Origin: Desulfuromonadales bacterium | Lineage (GTDB): Bacteria > Desulfobacterota > Desulfuromonadia > Desulfuromonadales > SZUA-540 | NCBI GenBank assembly: GCA_033549025.1 | Contig: JAWSUS010000014.1 | Location: 20,622 to 84,621 of the forward strand | DNA: 64,000 bases | Direction of reading: 5' to 3' | Shown here: piece by piece, positions 27,788 to 37,873 of the stretch | Position numbering within the stretch: the stretch's first letter is position 1 | Layout of the letters: the number at the start of each line of letters is the position of its first letter | Position numbers and translations under genes: made by a program | The notes under the pieces: generated by a model | The model's database searches: none | Told to the model about the DNA's origin: nothing | What the model saw: only the letters and a program-made list of their open reading frames with translations

Positions 27788-28810
27788 ATGGCAAAAGCGC
27801 CTGCACAATTTTATGATTTGTCTGGAGTGGAAAAAGCGGCCATGCTCCTTCTCTGTCTGGGGGAGAGAGCCACTTCCATGGTATTCAAGGAGCTGTCCGA
27901 CGCCGAGGTGAGGGCCATCAGCCGCTGCATGGTGAGCATGGAGCACGTGCCGGCACCCCTGGCGCGCGAGGTCATCGCCGCCTATGAAAAGGCCCAGGTC
28001 GAATACGCCGGCATCTTCGTCAAGGGGGATGAGTTCGTCAAGAACGCCATCTCCGAATCGGGCGATCCTAAGCGCATCGAGCAGCTCATGGAGCAGGTGG
28101 CCGCCGCCACCGAAAAGCGCCCGCTGGAGACCATCGCCCTCATGCAGCCCCGGGTGGTGGCAAGCCTGCTGGCCAGCGAGCATCCTCAGACCATGGCCCT
28201 GATCCTGTCGACGCAAAAGGCTGACCACACCAGCCGCATCCTTTCCTATCTCCCCGATGACGTGAAATCGGACGTCATGTACCGCATTGCCAAAATCGAG
28301 CAGGTTTCTCCCGATGTCATCAAGCACATCGAAGATGCCCTGCAGCGGGAAATCGGCGTCGTCTCGGACAAGGAGCAGCAGGAGCTGGGCGGCATCGATA
28401 CGGTGGTCGATATCCTGGCTCGCATGGAAAAGGGGGCCGACCGCAATATCCTGACGCGCATCGACGAGGTGGATCCCGAGATGGCCGAAGCCATCCGCAA
28501 AAAGATGTTCACCTTCGACGACCTGGTCATGCTCGACAATCCCTCCCTGCAGAAGATCCTGCGCGAGGTCGACAACGACACCCTCACGCTGGCTCTCAAG
28601 GCCGCCACCCAGGAGGTCAAGGAGAAGATCTTCAGCAACATCTCCATCCGCGCGGCGGAGATGATCGAAGAGGAACTCGAAGCCATGGGGCCGGTGCGGC
28701 TGTCCGAGGTGGAGTCGATGCAGCAGACCATCGTCAAGATTGCGCTGCGTTTGGAAGAAGAAGGTACACTGATTATCCCGGGTCGGGGCGGAGACGATGT
28801 CCTTGTCTAA
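27788..28810 (+). CDS. fliG: flagellar motor switch protein FliG
   Basis: Motifs EHPQ, MFTFDDL and GPVRLSEVE. Confidence 0.95.
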   Translation: MAKAPAQFYDLSGVEKAAMLLLCLGERATSMVFKELSDAEVRAISRCMVSMEHVPAPLAREVIAAYEKAQVEYAGIFVKGDEFVKNAISESGDPKRIEQLMEQVAAATEKRPLETIALMQPRVVASLLASEHPQTMALILSTQKADHTSRILSYLPDDVKSDVMYRIAKIEQVSPDVIKHIEDALQREIGVVSDKEQQELGGIDTVVDILARMEKGADRNILTRIDEVDPEMAEAIRKKMFTFDDLVMLDNPSLQKILREVDNDTLTLALKAATQEVKEKIFSNISIRAAEMIEEELEAMGPVRLSEVESMQQTIVKIALRLEEEGTLIIPGRGGDDVLV

Positions 28811-29480
28811 AATTTATCGCAGCACGGAAAACAGCTTCTTTGAACCGATTCTCTTTGCCGATTTCGACGGCGGAAGTGATTTTGGTGTCGACGAGGCCCG
28901 AGATGAATCCGCCCTGCCGTCTGAGGCGAAACCCGCGAACCCTTCTTCGCCGGAACCGGTGTCCTCCCCGCCTGTCGATGTCGAAGCTTTGGAAAAAGCT
29001 GCATTTGAAAGGGGGCGTCAGGCTGGGCGGCAGGAAACTGAGGCCCTGCTCGGACAAAGCGCCCAGGCTTTGGCCGAAGCGGCCCTGGAGATCAGCCAGC
29101 TGCGGGAGTCCCTCCATAAAAGCAGCGTCGAGGACATGCTGCGGCTGGTGATGGCCATTGCCGAGCGGGTGATTCATGTCGAAGTGGAAAAGCACAGCGG
29201 GATGATCGTCGACGTGATTGAGAGGGCCTTGAAGGCCGCCATCAAGGCCGATGAGTACCATATCCGGGTCAATCCCCAGGATCTGGAGGTGGTCAAAGAG
29301 AAAAAACCCCTCTTCATCGCCAGCATCAGCGGTCTCAAAAACATCATCTTTGAAGGCGATGCCGCCATCGCCCGCGGTGGCTGTCTGGTCGAGTCGACCC
29401 TCGGACAGGTGGACGCCACCCTCGAAAGCCAACTGGCGCAGATCCGCCAGCATCTGGCCGAGCAGACAGGCGGCGAGTAG
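28797..29480 (+). CDS. fliH: flagellar assembly protein FliH
   Basis: AxxxGxxxG segment, IRVNPQD and GGCLVES; located between fliG and fliI. Confidence 0.88.
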   Translation: MSLSKIYRSTENSFFEPILFADFDGGSDFGVDEARDESALPSEAKPANPSSPEPVSSPPVDVEALEKAAFERGRQAGRQETEALLGQSAQALAEAALEISQLRESLHKSSVEDMLRLVMAIAERVIHVEVEKHSGMIVDVIERALKAAIKADEYHIRVNPQDLEVVKEKKPLFIASISGLKNIIFEGDAAIARGGCLVESTLGQVDATLESQLAQIRQHLAEQTGGE

Positions 29481-30805
29481 TGAAGGAGCTGGCCGCCTCC
29501 ATAGAGCACCTCAATCTGCTTCAGGTGCGGGGCAAGGTCACCAAGATCGTCGGCCTGGTGGTGGAGGGCTATTGCCCCAACGCCTCCGTCGGCACGCTGT
29601 GTGAGCTGACCCCCCTCGATGGCGGCGACCCCGTGCCGGCCGAAGTGGTTGGTTTCCGCGAGTCCCGTGCCCTGCTCATGCCCTTGGGGGAACTGCGCGG
29701 TCTGGGGCCGGGCAGCCTCATCCGCGTCTGTCAGAGCAGCGCTTCCATGGAGGTCGGCGAAGAACTGCTCGGCCGGGTGATCGACGCCATGGGCCAACCG
29801 ATGGATGGCGGTCCTCCCCTCGACCTCAGCCGGCGCCTCCCCCTGTATGCCCTTCCGCCCGGTCCCATGCAACGCAAGAAAATCGACCAGCCCCTCGACC
29901 TGGGCGTGCGCGCCATCAACGGCCTGCTCACCTGCGGCATCGGCCAGCGCCTGGGCGTCATGGCCGGCTCCGGGGTGGGCAAGAGCGTGCTGCTGGGGAC
30001 CATGGCCAAGCACGCCCGCGCCGATGTCAACGTCATCGCCCTAGTCGGGGAACGTGGCCGCGAGGTCATGGAGTTTATCGAGCGCGACCTGGGTCCCGAA
30101 GGGTTGGCCCGCTCCGTGGTCGTCGTCGCCACTTCCGACCAGTCGCCGCTGCTGCGCATGCGCGGGGCTTTTGTTGCCACCACCATCGCCGAATACTTCT
30201 GTGGCCAAGGTCAGGATGTCCTCATGATGATGGATTCGGTCACCCGTTTTGCCATGGCCATGCGCGAGGTCGGCCTGGCCGTCGGCGAGCCGCCCACCAC
30301 CAAAGGCTACACTCCCTCGGTCTTTGCCATGCTTCCCAAGCTGCTCGAACGGGCCGGCAGCTTTGCCGGCTGCGGCAGTATCACTGCCCTCTATACGGTG
30401 CTGGTGGAAGGGGACGACATGAACGAGCCGGTGGCCGATGCCGTCCGTTCGATCCTCGACGGCCATATTGTCCTCTCCCGCGACCTGGCCGCCAAAAACC
30501 ACTATCCGGCCATCGATGTCATGGTGTCCGCCAGTCGCGTCATGCGTGAAATTGTCGATCCCGAGCACGTCAAGCTGGCGGGCCAGCTGCGGGAGATCCT
30601 GGCGACCTACCGCGAGGCCGAGGATCTCATCAATATCGGTGCCTATGCCAACGGCAGCAACCCCAAGATCGATTACGCCCTGACCCGCATCGAGGCCGTC
30701 AACGACTTCCTCTGCCAGGGAATGGATGAGGCCGTGGATCTGGAATCAACCTTGGAACAGCTCCGCCAGGTCGTGCTGGATCGTCGTCAAAAGCTGCGGG
30801 AATAA
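29480..30805 (+). CDS. fliI: flagellum-specific ATPase FliI
   Basis: Motifs [15 protein letters not shown] and [12 protein letters not shown] start. Confidence 0.95.
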   Translation: MKELAASIEHLNLLQVRGKVTKIVGLVVEGYCPNASVGTLCELTPLDGGDPVPAEVVGFRESRALLMPLGELRGLGPGSLIRVCQSSASMEVGEELLGRVIDAMGQPMDGGPPLDLSRRLPLYALPPGPMQRKKIDQPLDLGVRAINGLLTCGIGQRLGVMAGSGVGKSVLLGTMAKHARADVNVIALVGERGREVMEFIERDLGPEGLARSVVVVATSDQSPLLRMRGAFVATTIAEYFCGQGQDVLMMMDSVTRFAMAMREVGLAVGEPPTTKGYTPSVFAMLPKLLERAGSFAGCGSITALYTVLVEGDDMNEPVADAVRSILDGHIVLSRDLAAKNHYPAIDVMVSASRVMREIVDPEHVKLAGQLREILATYREAEDLINIGAYANGSNPKIDYALTRIEAVNDFLCQGMDEAVDLESTLEQLRQVVLDRRQKLRE

Positions 30806-30826
30806 CCACCCCCGCGAGGTCCCGTC

Positions 30827-31261
30827 ATGAAGCCGTTCAAACTCGAATCCGTCCTGAACTATCGCCGCATTCTCGAGGACCAGGCCCAGCAGAAGCTGGC
30901 CGAGGCTTTTGACCGCGAGTCTGCCCTCATCACCGAAATCAACCGCGAGGAAGAAGAGCTGCGCCAGCTTTACAGTGCACGGGAACAGCGCCAGCAGGTG
31001 GGTATGACGGTGCACGAGATGCAGTTGTACGAAACCCGCATCAGCCACCAGGTTCAGCAGTTGGCGGCTCTCGTCGATGCCCTTGAACTCTGCCGGGAGG
31101 CCATTACCGCCTGTCGGGAAAAGCTGTGCGAGGCCAGCCGCGAAAAAAAACTGATGGAAAAAGTCAAAGAAAAACATCTGCAGGAACAGCAGCGGACCAT
31201 GAACCGTCGGGAGGCCAAAGACCTCGACGAACTGGCCGTTCTTTTTCATCCCAAGGATTAA
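30827..31261 (+). CDS. fliJ: flagellar export protein FliJ
   Basis: FKLESVLNYR start, coiled coil, KDLDE near the end; follows fliI. Confidence 0.88.
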   Translation: MKPFKLESVLNYRRILEDQAQQKLAEAFDRESALITEINREEEELRQLYSAREQRQQVGMTVHEMQLYETRISHQVQQLAALVDALELCREAITACREKLCEASREKKLMEKVKEKHLQEQQRTMNRREAKDLDELAVLFHPKD

Positions 31262-31264
31262 GTC

Positions 31265-31777
31265 ATGAAGAATCTTCGTCTATTGCCCTTTCTTTTCGCC
31301 TGCCTTGCTACCGCGTTGCTCCTCGGGCCCTCTCTGCTCTGGGCCCAGACCGAATCGCCCGCCCTGCAGCCGATCCAGTCCGTCGAAGAGCGTCGGATTC
31401 TCTTTTCCCTGCAGGAAGAGCGGACCCGCCTGGAGGAAAGGGACCGGCAGCTCGACCAGCGTGAAATGGAACTAAAGTCTTTGCAGGCCGAGGTCGATAA
31501 GAAGCTGGACGAGTTGAATGTTTTGCGTCAGCAGTTCGAACAGCTGCTGGCGGAACGGGATAACCGGGAAGCGGAGCGCCTTGAAGAGTTGAGCCTGATG
31601 TACGAAAAAATGGACCCCGTCAAGGCGGCGGCCATTGTCTCGACACTGGACGAAGAGCTGGCCATCGGTATTCTGGCCGGGATGCGCAAGAAATCGGCGG
31701 GCAAACTGCTCAACAACATGGAACGCAAGAAGGCGGCCAGCCTAAGCCGCCGTTTCAGCAGTATCGAACCGGAGTAA
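31265..31777 (+). CDS. MotE/YlxF-like flagellar protein (coiled coil plus MgtE_N-like domain)
   Basis: Signal/TM segment, coiled coil, YEKMDPVKAAAI motif; located between fliJ and fliK. Confidence 0.8.
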   Translation: MKNLRLLPFLFACLATALLLGPSLLWAQTESPALQPIQSVEERRILFSLQEERTRLEERDRQLDQREMELKSLQAEVDKKLDELNVLRQQFEQLLAERDNREAERLEELSLMYEKMDPVKAAAIVSTLDEELAIGILAGMRKKSAGKLLNNMERKKAASLSRRFSSIEPE

Positions 31778-31839
31778 TCGCCGGTTTTGCAGGGCCCCCT
31801 GCCCGCAGGGGAATGTCAAAAAGAAAGGAGGTGAATACG

Positions 31840-33135
31840 ATGATGAACATGATGCCTATGGCAACAATGACCAGTCAGCCCATGCCAGGGCGGACCGGCG
31901 GCGGTAAAGGACCGCCGGCCGGAGATTTTCTCCCTTTTCTGCAACAGGCCCCGGGAGAGGGGCTCGCCTGGAACGGCAACGACGCGTCCCAGGATCTGTT
32001 GGCGGCGATGCTGGCTGCCAGTCTGGGGATGGTTCCGACGCCAGGATCGAGTGAAGTTCTTCTCCCAACGCAGCAGCAGGGGAATCTGCCCATCGGTGAC
32101 GGCTCTATGCGGCCAGGTCAAAACGTTCTGGCCATGGACTGCTCGCAACAGCAGAATCCCTTTGTCTTTTCCGGTCAGGAACTGAAGGCGGCTGATGCAG
32201 AAGGGACGTCCCAAGGCAAGGGTGCCGTGATGGCTGGGGCGGACCTGTCTAACCAGGAGGCTGACTTTGACCTGAGGAGTTTCATGGCCAAAGCCGAAGG
32301 CAAATCCGCAGAGGCAACCGGTGGGGAAGGCAAGGGGGCGGCCCCCCTGTCCGACAGCCGTTTTGCCGAAATCCTCGGCAGCAAACCCGTGGAGCTCAAA
32401 TATGAAACGGGGGGGACTAGCAAGGACTCAGCCGGAAATCCGGCTCTGCGTTTGGCTCAAAACAGCCAGATCGAAGAGGCGGCCGCTGAACCGACGTTGT
32501 CTTTGGATGTTGCTGCCGACGAGTCTGGAGAAGTTCCTGAACTTTCTCTCGACCATAAGTCGACCGCCACTGGCGAGATCGACGGATTTACCCACAAGGG
32601 GCAGGACTCTCTGCTGGCCGACACCGGCCGACCTCAGCAGGCTCCGGTTACGGGCTCTGAGGCCAAAAGCCCGGAAATCCGGCTGAACTCGGGCGCGGTG
32701 ATCAACGAAAACCGCATCGTCGAGCAGACGATCGACAAATTTGCGGTGAACCAGGCCAAGGAGACCGGCAGCGTCACCCTGCGTCTGCACCCGGAAGAAC
32801 TGGGGCAGGTCAAGGTGGAACTGGTGATGGACAAGGATAGTGTCCGTGCCCATCTGCATGCGCAGAGCCAGCAGGTTCAGGAAGTGCTCGAACGTCACCT
32901 GCCCCGTCTGCGCGATGCGCTCGAACAGCAAGGTCTGAAGATCGACCAGCTGCAGGTCAGTGTCGATTCCCAGCACAACGGGAACCGGGAGACCTTTCAG
33001 CAGCACGAGCAGCAGCGGTTCGCCGGATTCCAGAAAATGCCTGCTTCTCTGGCGGGATATAAGGGCGAACCGGTCGCAGCATCCACGACTCAGGCGCCGA
33101 CCCGACAGGGCTCGGGATTGAGCCTGAGAATCTGA
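31840..33135 (+). CDS. fliK: flagellar hook-length control protein FliK
   Basis: Low-complexity N-terminus; C-terminal [11 protein letters not shown]...[10 protein letters not shown] domain; ATG at 31840 after AGGAGG. Confidence 0.9.
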   Translation: MMNMMPMATMTSQPMPGRTGGGKGPPAGDFLPFLQQAPGEGLAWNGNDASQDLLAAMLAASLGMVPTPGSSEVLLPTQQQGNLPIGDGSMRPGQNVLAMDCSQQQNPFVFSGQELKAADAEGTSQGKGAVMAGADLSNQEADFDLRSFMAKAEGKSAEATGGEGKGAAPLSDSRFAEILGSKPVELKYETGGTSKDSAGNPALRLAQNSQIEEAAAEPTLSLDVAADESGEVPELSLDHKSTATGEIDGFTHKGQDSLLADTGRPQQAPVTGSEAKSPEIRLNSGAVINENRIVEQTIDKFAVNQAKETGSVTLRLHPEELGQVKVELVMDKDSVRAHLHAQSQQVQEVLERHLPRLRDALEQQGLKIDQLQVSVDSQHNGNRETFQQHEQQRFAGFQKMPASLAGYKGEPVAASTTQAPTRQGSGLSLRI

Positions 33136-33158
33136 CAGAAAGGAGGCGAGTCAAAATA

Positions 33159-33833
33159 ATGGCAGATATCAGTAGCATCACCGGTACCAACACCAGCGCC
33201 ACCTCGGCCCTGTCCAATCTGGGCGGCACCACCATGGGCAAGGATGATTTTCTCAAGCTCCTGGTGGCCCAGTTGCAGAATCAGGATCCGCTCAACCCGC
33301 AGGACGCCACCGAGTTCACGGCCCAGATGGCCCAGTTCAGCTCTCTGGAACAGCTCATCGGCATCAACGAAGGGATCGGCGGCCTGTCGGCGGCCAGCGG
33401 CGAAGTGGAAAAGCTCTCGGCCCTGACCCTCATCGGCAAGGGCATCGTCGCCAATTCGGCGGGCTTCCAACTCGGCGAAGGGGGCAGTCTCGATGGCCGT
33501 ATCGGGTATCGTCTGGCTGACGCCGCCGCCGAAGTGAACGTGGCCGTACTCAACGCCAACGGCCAGGCGGTAGCCACCATCCCTTCCCTCGGCACGGGCG
33601 TCGGCGAGCATTTCGTCAACTGGGATGGCCGTGACGCCAGCGGTCAATCGCTGCCCGCCGGTCAGTATTACCTGGCGGTCATGGCGACGGACGGCAATGG
33701 GGATACCCTGCAGACGACCCCCCTGGTGGCAGGGACTATCGCCGGGGTCGATTTTGACGCCAAAGGGAGCCGCCTTTACAGCGCCATCGGCGAGTTCCGC
33801 ATGAGCGACGTGACCTCGGTGCGGGAGATCTAG
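33159..33833 (+). CDS. flgD: flagellar hook capping protein FlgD
   Basis: Motif [17 protein letters not shown]. Confidence 0.95.
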   Translation: MADISSITGTNTSATSALSNLGGTTMGKDDFLKLLVAQLQNQDPLNPQDATEFTAQMAQFSSLEQLIGINEGIGGLSAASGEVEKLSALTLIGKGIVANSAGFQLGEGGSLDGRIGYRLADAAAEVNVAVLNANGQAVATIPSLGTGVGEHFVNWDGRDASGQSLPAGQYYLAVMATDGNGDTLQTTPLVAGTIAGVDFDAKGSRLYSAIGEFRMSDVTSVREI

Positions 33834-33835
33834 CC

Positions 33836-34228
33836 ATGAACGACAAGGTCTTCCTCTATCCGAGGCCGATACTTCCCAGCGCGCCCAGCCCGGCCCGGCC
33901 AGCGGGCCGAACGGATGGCAGAACACAGGGTCCGTCCTTTGATCAGGTTTTGCAGCAGCAACTGGAGCCAAGCTCATCCCTGCGGTTTTCCAAACATGCG
34001 TTGAGTCGCATGGAAAGCCGTGGCATCCAGCTCAGCCCGGAAGCTATGAACCGCCTGGAAGAGGCGGTTAAAACGGTGGACGCCAAGGGCAGCCGCGATT
34101 CCCTGGTGCTGCTCGACCAGACGGCTATGGTCGTCAGCGTCAAGAACAGTACCGTGGTGACGGTTGTCGACAGGGACAGCCTCAAAGGCAACGTCTTTAC
34201 CAACATTGACAGCGCGATTATCGCTTAA
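33836..34228 (+). CDS. flagellar operon protein (TIGR02530 / Flagellar_put family)
   Basis: Motifs FSKHALSRMESRGI and NVFTNIDSA; typical position between flgD and flgE. Confidence 0.85.
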   Translation: MNDKVFLYPRPILPSAPSPARPAGRTDGRTQGPSFDQVLQQQLEPSSSLRFSKHALSRMESRGIQLSPEAMNRLEEAVKTVDAKGSRDSLVLLDQTAMVVSVKNSTVVTVVDRDSLKGNVFTNIDSAIIA

Positions 34229-34229
34229 C

Positions 34230-34283
34230 TGAACCGGTCCTCACAGAGGAGGTTCACGGAAAGCCAACCGACAGCGGCTTTCC
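34230..34283 (+). promoter_or_regulatory. two-hairpin structured RNA element upstream of flgE
   Basis: Nested stem TGAACC/GGTTCA + CCTC/GAGG, then stem GGAAAGCC/GGCTTTCC; no U-tract. Confidence 0.55.
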
Positions 34284-34300
34284 CTTACGGAGGATAAAAC

Positions 34301-35566
34301 ATGGGTATCTCAAGCTCTCTTTACGCAGGCATCAGCGGTCTCAACGCCAACGGCAACGCCATGAGCGTTATCGGCAACAACCTGGCCAATACCAATACTG
34401 TCGGTTTTAAATCGGGGCGCACTGTCTTCGCCGACATGCTCTCCAGTTCCATTTCGGGCTCCGGCGGCGCCTCCCAGGTCGGCCGCGGCGTCACCCTGTC
34501 GACGGTGGACAACATCTTCTCCCAGGGCACTTTCGAGACGACCGAGTCCAACACCGACCTCGCCCTGGAAGGCGAAGGCTTCTTCGTTGTCTCGGCGGCC
34601 GGTTCCAAGGAAAACCTTTACACCCGGGCCGGCGCCTTCGGCTTCGACAAGCAGGGTTACCTGGTCAATCCCGAGGGCTACCGCGTGCAGGGCTATCCCT
34701 ACGACGATAATGAAACCCTGCTCTCCACATTGGGAGACATTCGCGTCGACGGCACCTCTACGGTGCCGGCCAAGGCGACTGCCGAGATGACCCTGAGCAA
34801 CAACCTCGACTCTAATTCGGCAATTATTCCTGGTGGTTTTAGCCTGGCCGACCCGCAGGGGACGTCCAACTATTCCAGCTCCATCCAGGTCTATGACAGC
34901 CTCGGCAACACCCATCTGCTGACGACCTACTTCACCAAGACGGCCGACAACGAATGGGACTGGAATACCGTGGCCCTCGGCAGCGAGGTGGTCGGTGTGG
35001 ATCCGGCCACCGAACCTCTGCTTCTCCTCGACAAGGATCCAGCTGCCATTTTGAGCTTTAACAGCGATGGCGCGCTGACAGCGCCGGTCACTACTTCCCT
35101 GACCATGCCGGCCTGGCTCGGTGGTTCCGAGGCCGATGTGTCCGTAGACATCAACTTCAATGCCACCCAGTACGCCCGCGACTCCTCCACGGTCGGTCAG
35201 GAACAGGACGGCTTTTCCGCCGGTGACCTGGTCAAGGTGGCCATCGAAACCAGCGGCGACGTGGTAGCGAGTTACACCAACGGCGAGCGTGTCGCCGTCG
35301 GCCGCATCGGCCTGGCCCGTTTCGCCAACATTGGCGGCCTGTTCAAGGAAGGGGGCAACCTCTACTCGGCTACGACCGCTTCGGGGCTGCCCAGCGACGC
35401 GGCAGCCAGCACCAAGATCTTCACCAACTCCCTGGAACAGTCCAACGTCGACATGGGACTGGAGTTCGTCAAAATGATCACCACCCAGCGCGGTTTTCAG
35501 GCGAATTCCAAGATCATTACTACAACGGACGAAATGCTGGCCGAACTGATCAACCTCAAGCGCTAA
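34301..35566 (+). CDS. flgE: flagellar hook protein FlgE
   Basis: Motifs GNNLANTNTVGFK, YTRAGAF, VYDSLG and LEQSNVD. Confidence 0.95.
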   Translation: MGISSSLYAGISGLNANGNAMSVIGNNLANTNTVGFKSGRTVFADMLSSSISGSGGASQVGRGVTLSTVDNIFSQGTFETTESNTDLALEGEGFFVVSAAGSKENLYTRAGAFGFDKQGYLVNPEGYRVQGYPYDDNETLLSTLGDIRVDGTSTVPAKATAEMTLSNNLDSNSAIIPGGFSLADPQGTSNYSSSIQVYDSLGNTHLLTTYFTKTADNEWDWNTVALGSEVVGVDPATEPLLLLDKDPAAILSFNSDGALTAPVTTSLTMPAWLGGSEADVSVDINFNATQYARDSSTVGQEQDGFSAGDLVKVAIETSGDVVASYTNGERVAVGRIGLARFANIGGLFKEGGNLYSATTASGLPSDAAASTKIFTNSLEQSNVDMGLEFVKMITTQRGFQANSKIITTTDEMLAELINLKR

Positions 35567-35583
35567 AAAGGCGGCCGGTTCGT

Positions 35584-35597
35584 GTCAAAATTATGAC
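35584..35597. promoter_or_regulatory. putative enhancer (UAS) GTCA-N6-TGAC
   Basis: GTCAAAATTATGAC, 98 nt upstream of the -24 GG of the motA sigma54 promoter. Confidence 0.65.
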
Positions 35598-35600
35598 CAG

Positions 35601-35633
35601 AGGAGCAGCTACCCGGTAGCTGCTCCTTTTTTT
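35601..35633 (+). terminator. rho-independent terminator after flgE
   Basis: GGAGCAGCTAC-CCG-GTAGCTGCTCC followed by T7. Confidence 0.88.
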
Positions 35634-35693
35634 CTTGGCGTTTTTGCCGGTGTTTTCGGGCTTCAGCCGGGGACCGGCCTTTAAGCGTGCTGC

Positions 35694-35709
35694 TGGCATG
35701 TATTGTGCT
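35694..35709 (+). promoter_or_regulatory. sigma54 (-24/-12) promoter of the motA operon
   Basis: TGGCATGTATTGTGCT = GG-N10-GC. Confidence 0.75.
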
Positions 35710-35767
35710 ATTGCAGGTGTCTGCATGCGCTGTGCGGAATTAACTTCAATCCTCTGAGGGTCAAGAG

Positions 35768-36538
35768 ATGGATCTGTCAACCATTCTCGGAATAATGGCG
35801 GCCTTCGCCCTGATGATCTCGGCGATCATGATGGGCGGCTCCATCTTCCTGTTCATCAACATTCCATCCATTGTCATTGTATTGGGGGGAACCATCGGTG
35901 CCACTCTGGTGCATTATCCCTTCAAAAATGTCTTCCGGGCCTTTGCTGTTCTCAAAAAAGCCTTTTTTCACCAGAGCGAGTCGCCCAACGAGATCATTAC
36001 GCGTCTGATCACGCTGGCCACCAAGGCCCGCAAGGAAGGCATTCTGTCCCTGCAGATGGCCATGTATGACATCGAGGACGCCTTCTTTCTCAAAGGGCTG
36101 CAGATGGCCGTTGACGGGCAGGAGCCCGAAACGCTCAAGGAGATGCTTGACCGGGAGATCGAATATATTCAGGAGCGTCACGAAGATGGCGCCGACATTT
36201 TTCTGGCCATGGGCACTTACGCGCCGGCCATGGGGATGATCGGCACCCTCATCGGTCTGGTGCAGATGCTGCAGACCATGGACGATCCGTCCACCATCGG
36301 GCCGGCCATGGCCGTGGCCCTGCTGACGACCTTCTATGGCGCTGTTATCGCCAATGTCATCTGCATTCCCGTGGCCGGCAAGCTTAAGAACCGATCCCAA
36401 TCGGAAGTGCTGCTTAAAACTCTCATCGCCGAAGGGATGAAATCGATCCTGGTCGGTGAAAATCCCCGCATCATGGAGCAGAAGCTGCACGCCTTCGTGG
36501 CGCCCCAGCTTCGCGAGAGTAACTTCAACAAAAAGTAA
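35768..36538 (+). CDS. motA: flagellar stator protein MotA/PomA
   Basis: Motifs ARKEGILSL, PAMGMIGTLIGLV and AVALLTTFYG. Confidence 0.93.
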   Translation: MDLSTILGIMAAFALMISAIMMGGSIFLFINIPSIVIVLGGTIGATLVHYPFKNVFRAFAVLKKAFFHQSESPNEIITRLITLATKARKEGILSLQMAMYDIEDAFFLKGLQMAVDGQEPETLKEMLDREIEYIQERHEDGADIFLAMGTYAPAMGMIGTLIGLVQMLQTMDDPSTIGPAMAVALLTTFYGAVIANVICIPVAGKLKNRSQSEVLLKTLIAEGMKSILVGENPRIMEQKLHAFVAPQLRESNFNKK

Positions 36539-36565
36539 CGATGGCTTGGCATTAAGGACGACACC

Positions 36566-37306
36566 GTGGCGAAGAGACCCAAAAAAAAACAAGAAGGAGC
36601 CCCCGCCTGGATGGTCACCTACAGTGACCTGGTGACGTTGCTGCTGACCTTCTTCGTGCTGCTGCTGTCCATGGCCAGTATGGACCGCATCAAATTCAGC
36701 GCCGCGGCCAATTCACTCAAAGGGGCTTTCGGCATCCTAGGCGGCAAGCAGCAGACGGAGATCGCCCCGCCGGCCATCATCGATTTTTCGCCCATTGATG
36801 ACGATATGTTCCAGCGGGTCTACAAGAGGATTCTGGAACAGCTCAACCGCCTGCGTCTGGACAAGACCATTACCCTGGTCAAAGACCGGGGTGCGATTGT
36901 CCTGCGGGTCAACGAAGCGATTCTCTTCGATGCGGGACAGACGGAAGTCAAGCCCGCGGCCTACCCAGTGCTGCGCAAAGTGGCGGACATCGTCCGCCCG
37001 CTGCCCATGCAGCTGCGCGTGGAAGGGCATACCGACGATGTGCCCGTCGCCTCCGGTCAGCGAACCAACTGGGACATTTCGGTGCAGCGGGCCGTATCGG
37101 TCCTCAAATTTCTGCAGCGGGAAGATCTCTTCCCCCTCGATCGCATGGCCGCCGTGGGCTACGGTGAGCAGAGGCCTCTCGCGCCCAATGACTCGGATGA
37201 AAATCGCGCCCTGAATCGGCGCGTCGAATTTGTGCTGGAAAACATGGGCAAGCATCAGGAAAAGCTGCCCTATCTCATCGATGCCAAAGATCAGATGCCT
37301 TTTTGA
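36566..37306 (+). CDS. motB: flagellar stator protein MotB/PomB
   Basis: TM motif WMVTYSDLVTLLLTFFVLL; OmpA-like domain EGHTD...NRRVE. Confidence 0.93.
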   Translation: MAKRPKKKQEGAPAWMVTYSDLVTLLLTFFVLLLSMASMDRIKFSAAANSLKGAFGILGGKQQTEIAPPAIIDFSPIDDDMFQRVYKRILEQLNRLRLDKTITLVKDRGAIVLRVNEAILFDAGQTEVKPAAYPVLRKVADIVRPLPMQLRVEGHTDDVPVASGQRTNWDISVQRAVSVLKFLQREDLFPLDRMAAVGYGEQRPLAPNDSDENRALNRRVEFVLENMGKHQEKLPYLIDAKDQMPF

Positions 37307-37327
37307 AACAGATAAGGGAGTAAGCAT

Positions 37328-37837
37328 ATGGCCAAAAAAGACGCGGAACAGACAGAGAAACCCGAGGGGAAGAAAAGCAAGCTGACCCTGATTCTGGCTA
37401 TTGTGGGCGGATTGATCCTGCTCGGCGGTGTCGGCGTTGGTGCCTATTTTATAGGGGCCAGCGGGCCGGAGCAGGCGCCCGGCGCCGAAGTCGCCGAATC
37501 GTCGGCACCGGCCCAAAAAGCCCAGGCCGGAAAAGTCGGCCCCATGGTCGATATCTCGGGTTTCATCATCAATATCCTCGATCGTGACGAGGTCCGTTAT
37601 CTTAAAGCCGCCATCACCCTGGAGGCGGATAGCGAAGCGGGTGCCCTCGAATTGCAGGAACGGCAGGCCCAGGTGCGCGACGCCATTCTGCTGCTCATCG
37701 GCAACAAGACTTTCGACGAGCTGCGCGATCTGCAAGGCAAGATGCAGCTGCGCTCCGAACTGATCGCCCAGATCAACACCCTGCTGCAGCAGGGGCAGGT
37801 CAAGAACATCTACTTCACCGACTTCGTCGTCCAGTAA
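37328..37837 (+). CDS. fliL: flagellar basal body-associated protein FliL
   Basis: N-terminal TM segment; C-terminus IYFTDFVVQ. Confidence 0.92.
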   Translation: MAKKDAEQTEKPEGKKSKLTLILAIVGGLILLGGVGVGAYFIGASGPEQAPGAEVAESSAPAQKAQAGKVGPMVDISGFIINILDRDEVRYLKAAITLEADSEAGALELQERQAQVRDAILLLIGNKTFDELRDLQGKMQLRSELIAQINTLLQQGQVKNIYFTDFVVQ

Positions 37838-37873
37838 CGGCTGCCCGTCGGGCATAGAAGCAAGGGGTCCTTC

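Noticed and set aside
26132..28327. 731-aa minus-strand ORF (likewise 19692-21236 + and 42541-44034 -)
   Set aside because: Antisense to fliF/fliG, cheA and flhA; no recognisable domains
31796..31811. CCCCTG/CAGGGG hairpin before fliK
   Set aside because: Short, with no U-tract; chance or a minor mRNA stabiliser
36580..36589. Poly-A run in the 5' end of motB as a phase-variation tract
   Set aside because: In frame and encodes the usual Lys-rich N-terminus; no evidence of slippage
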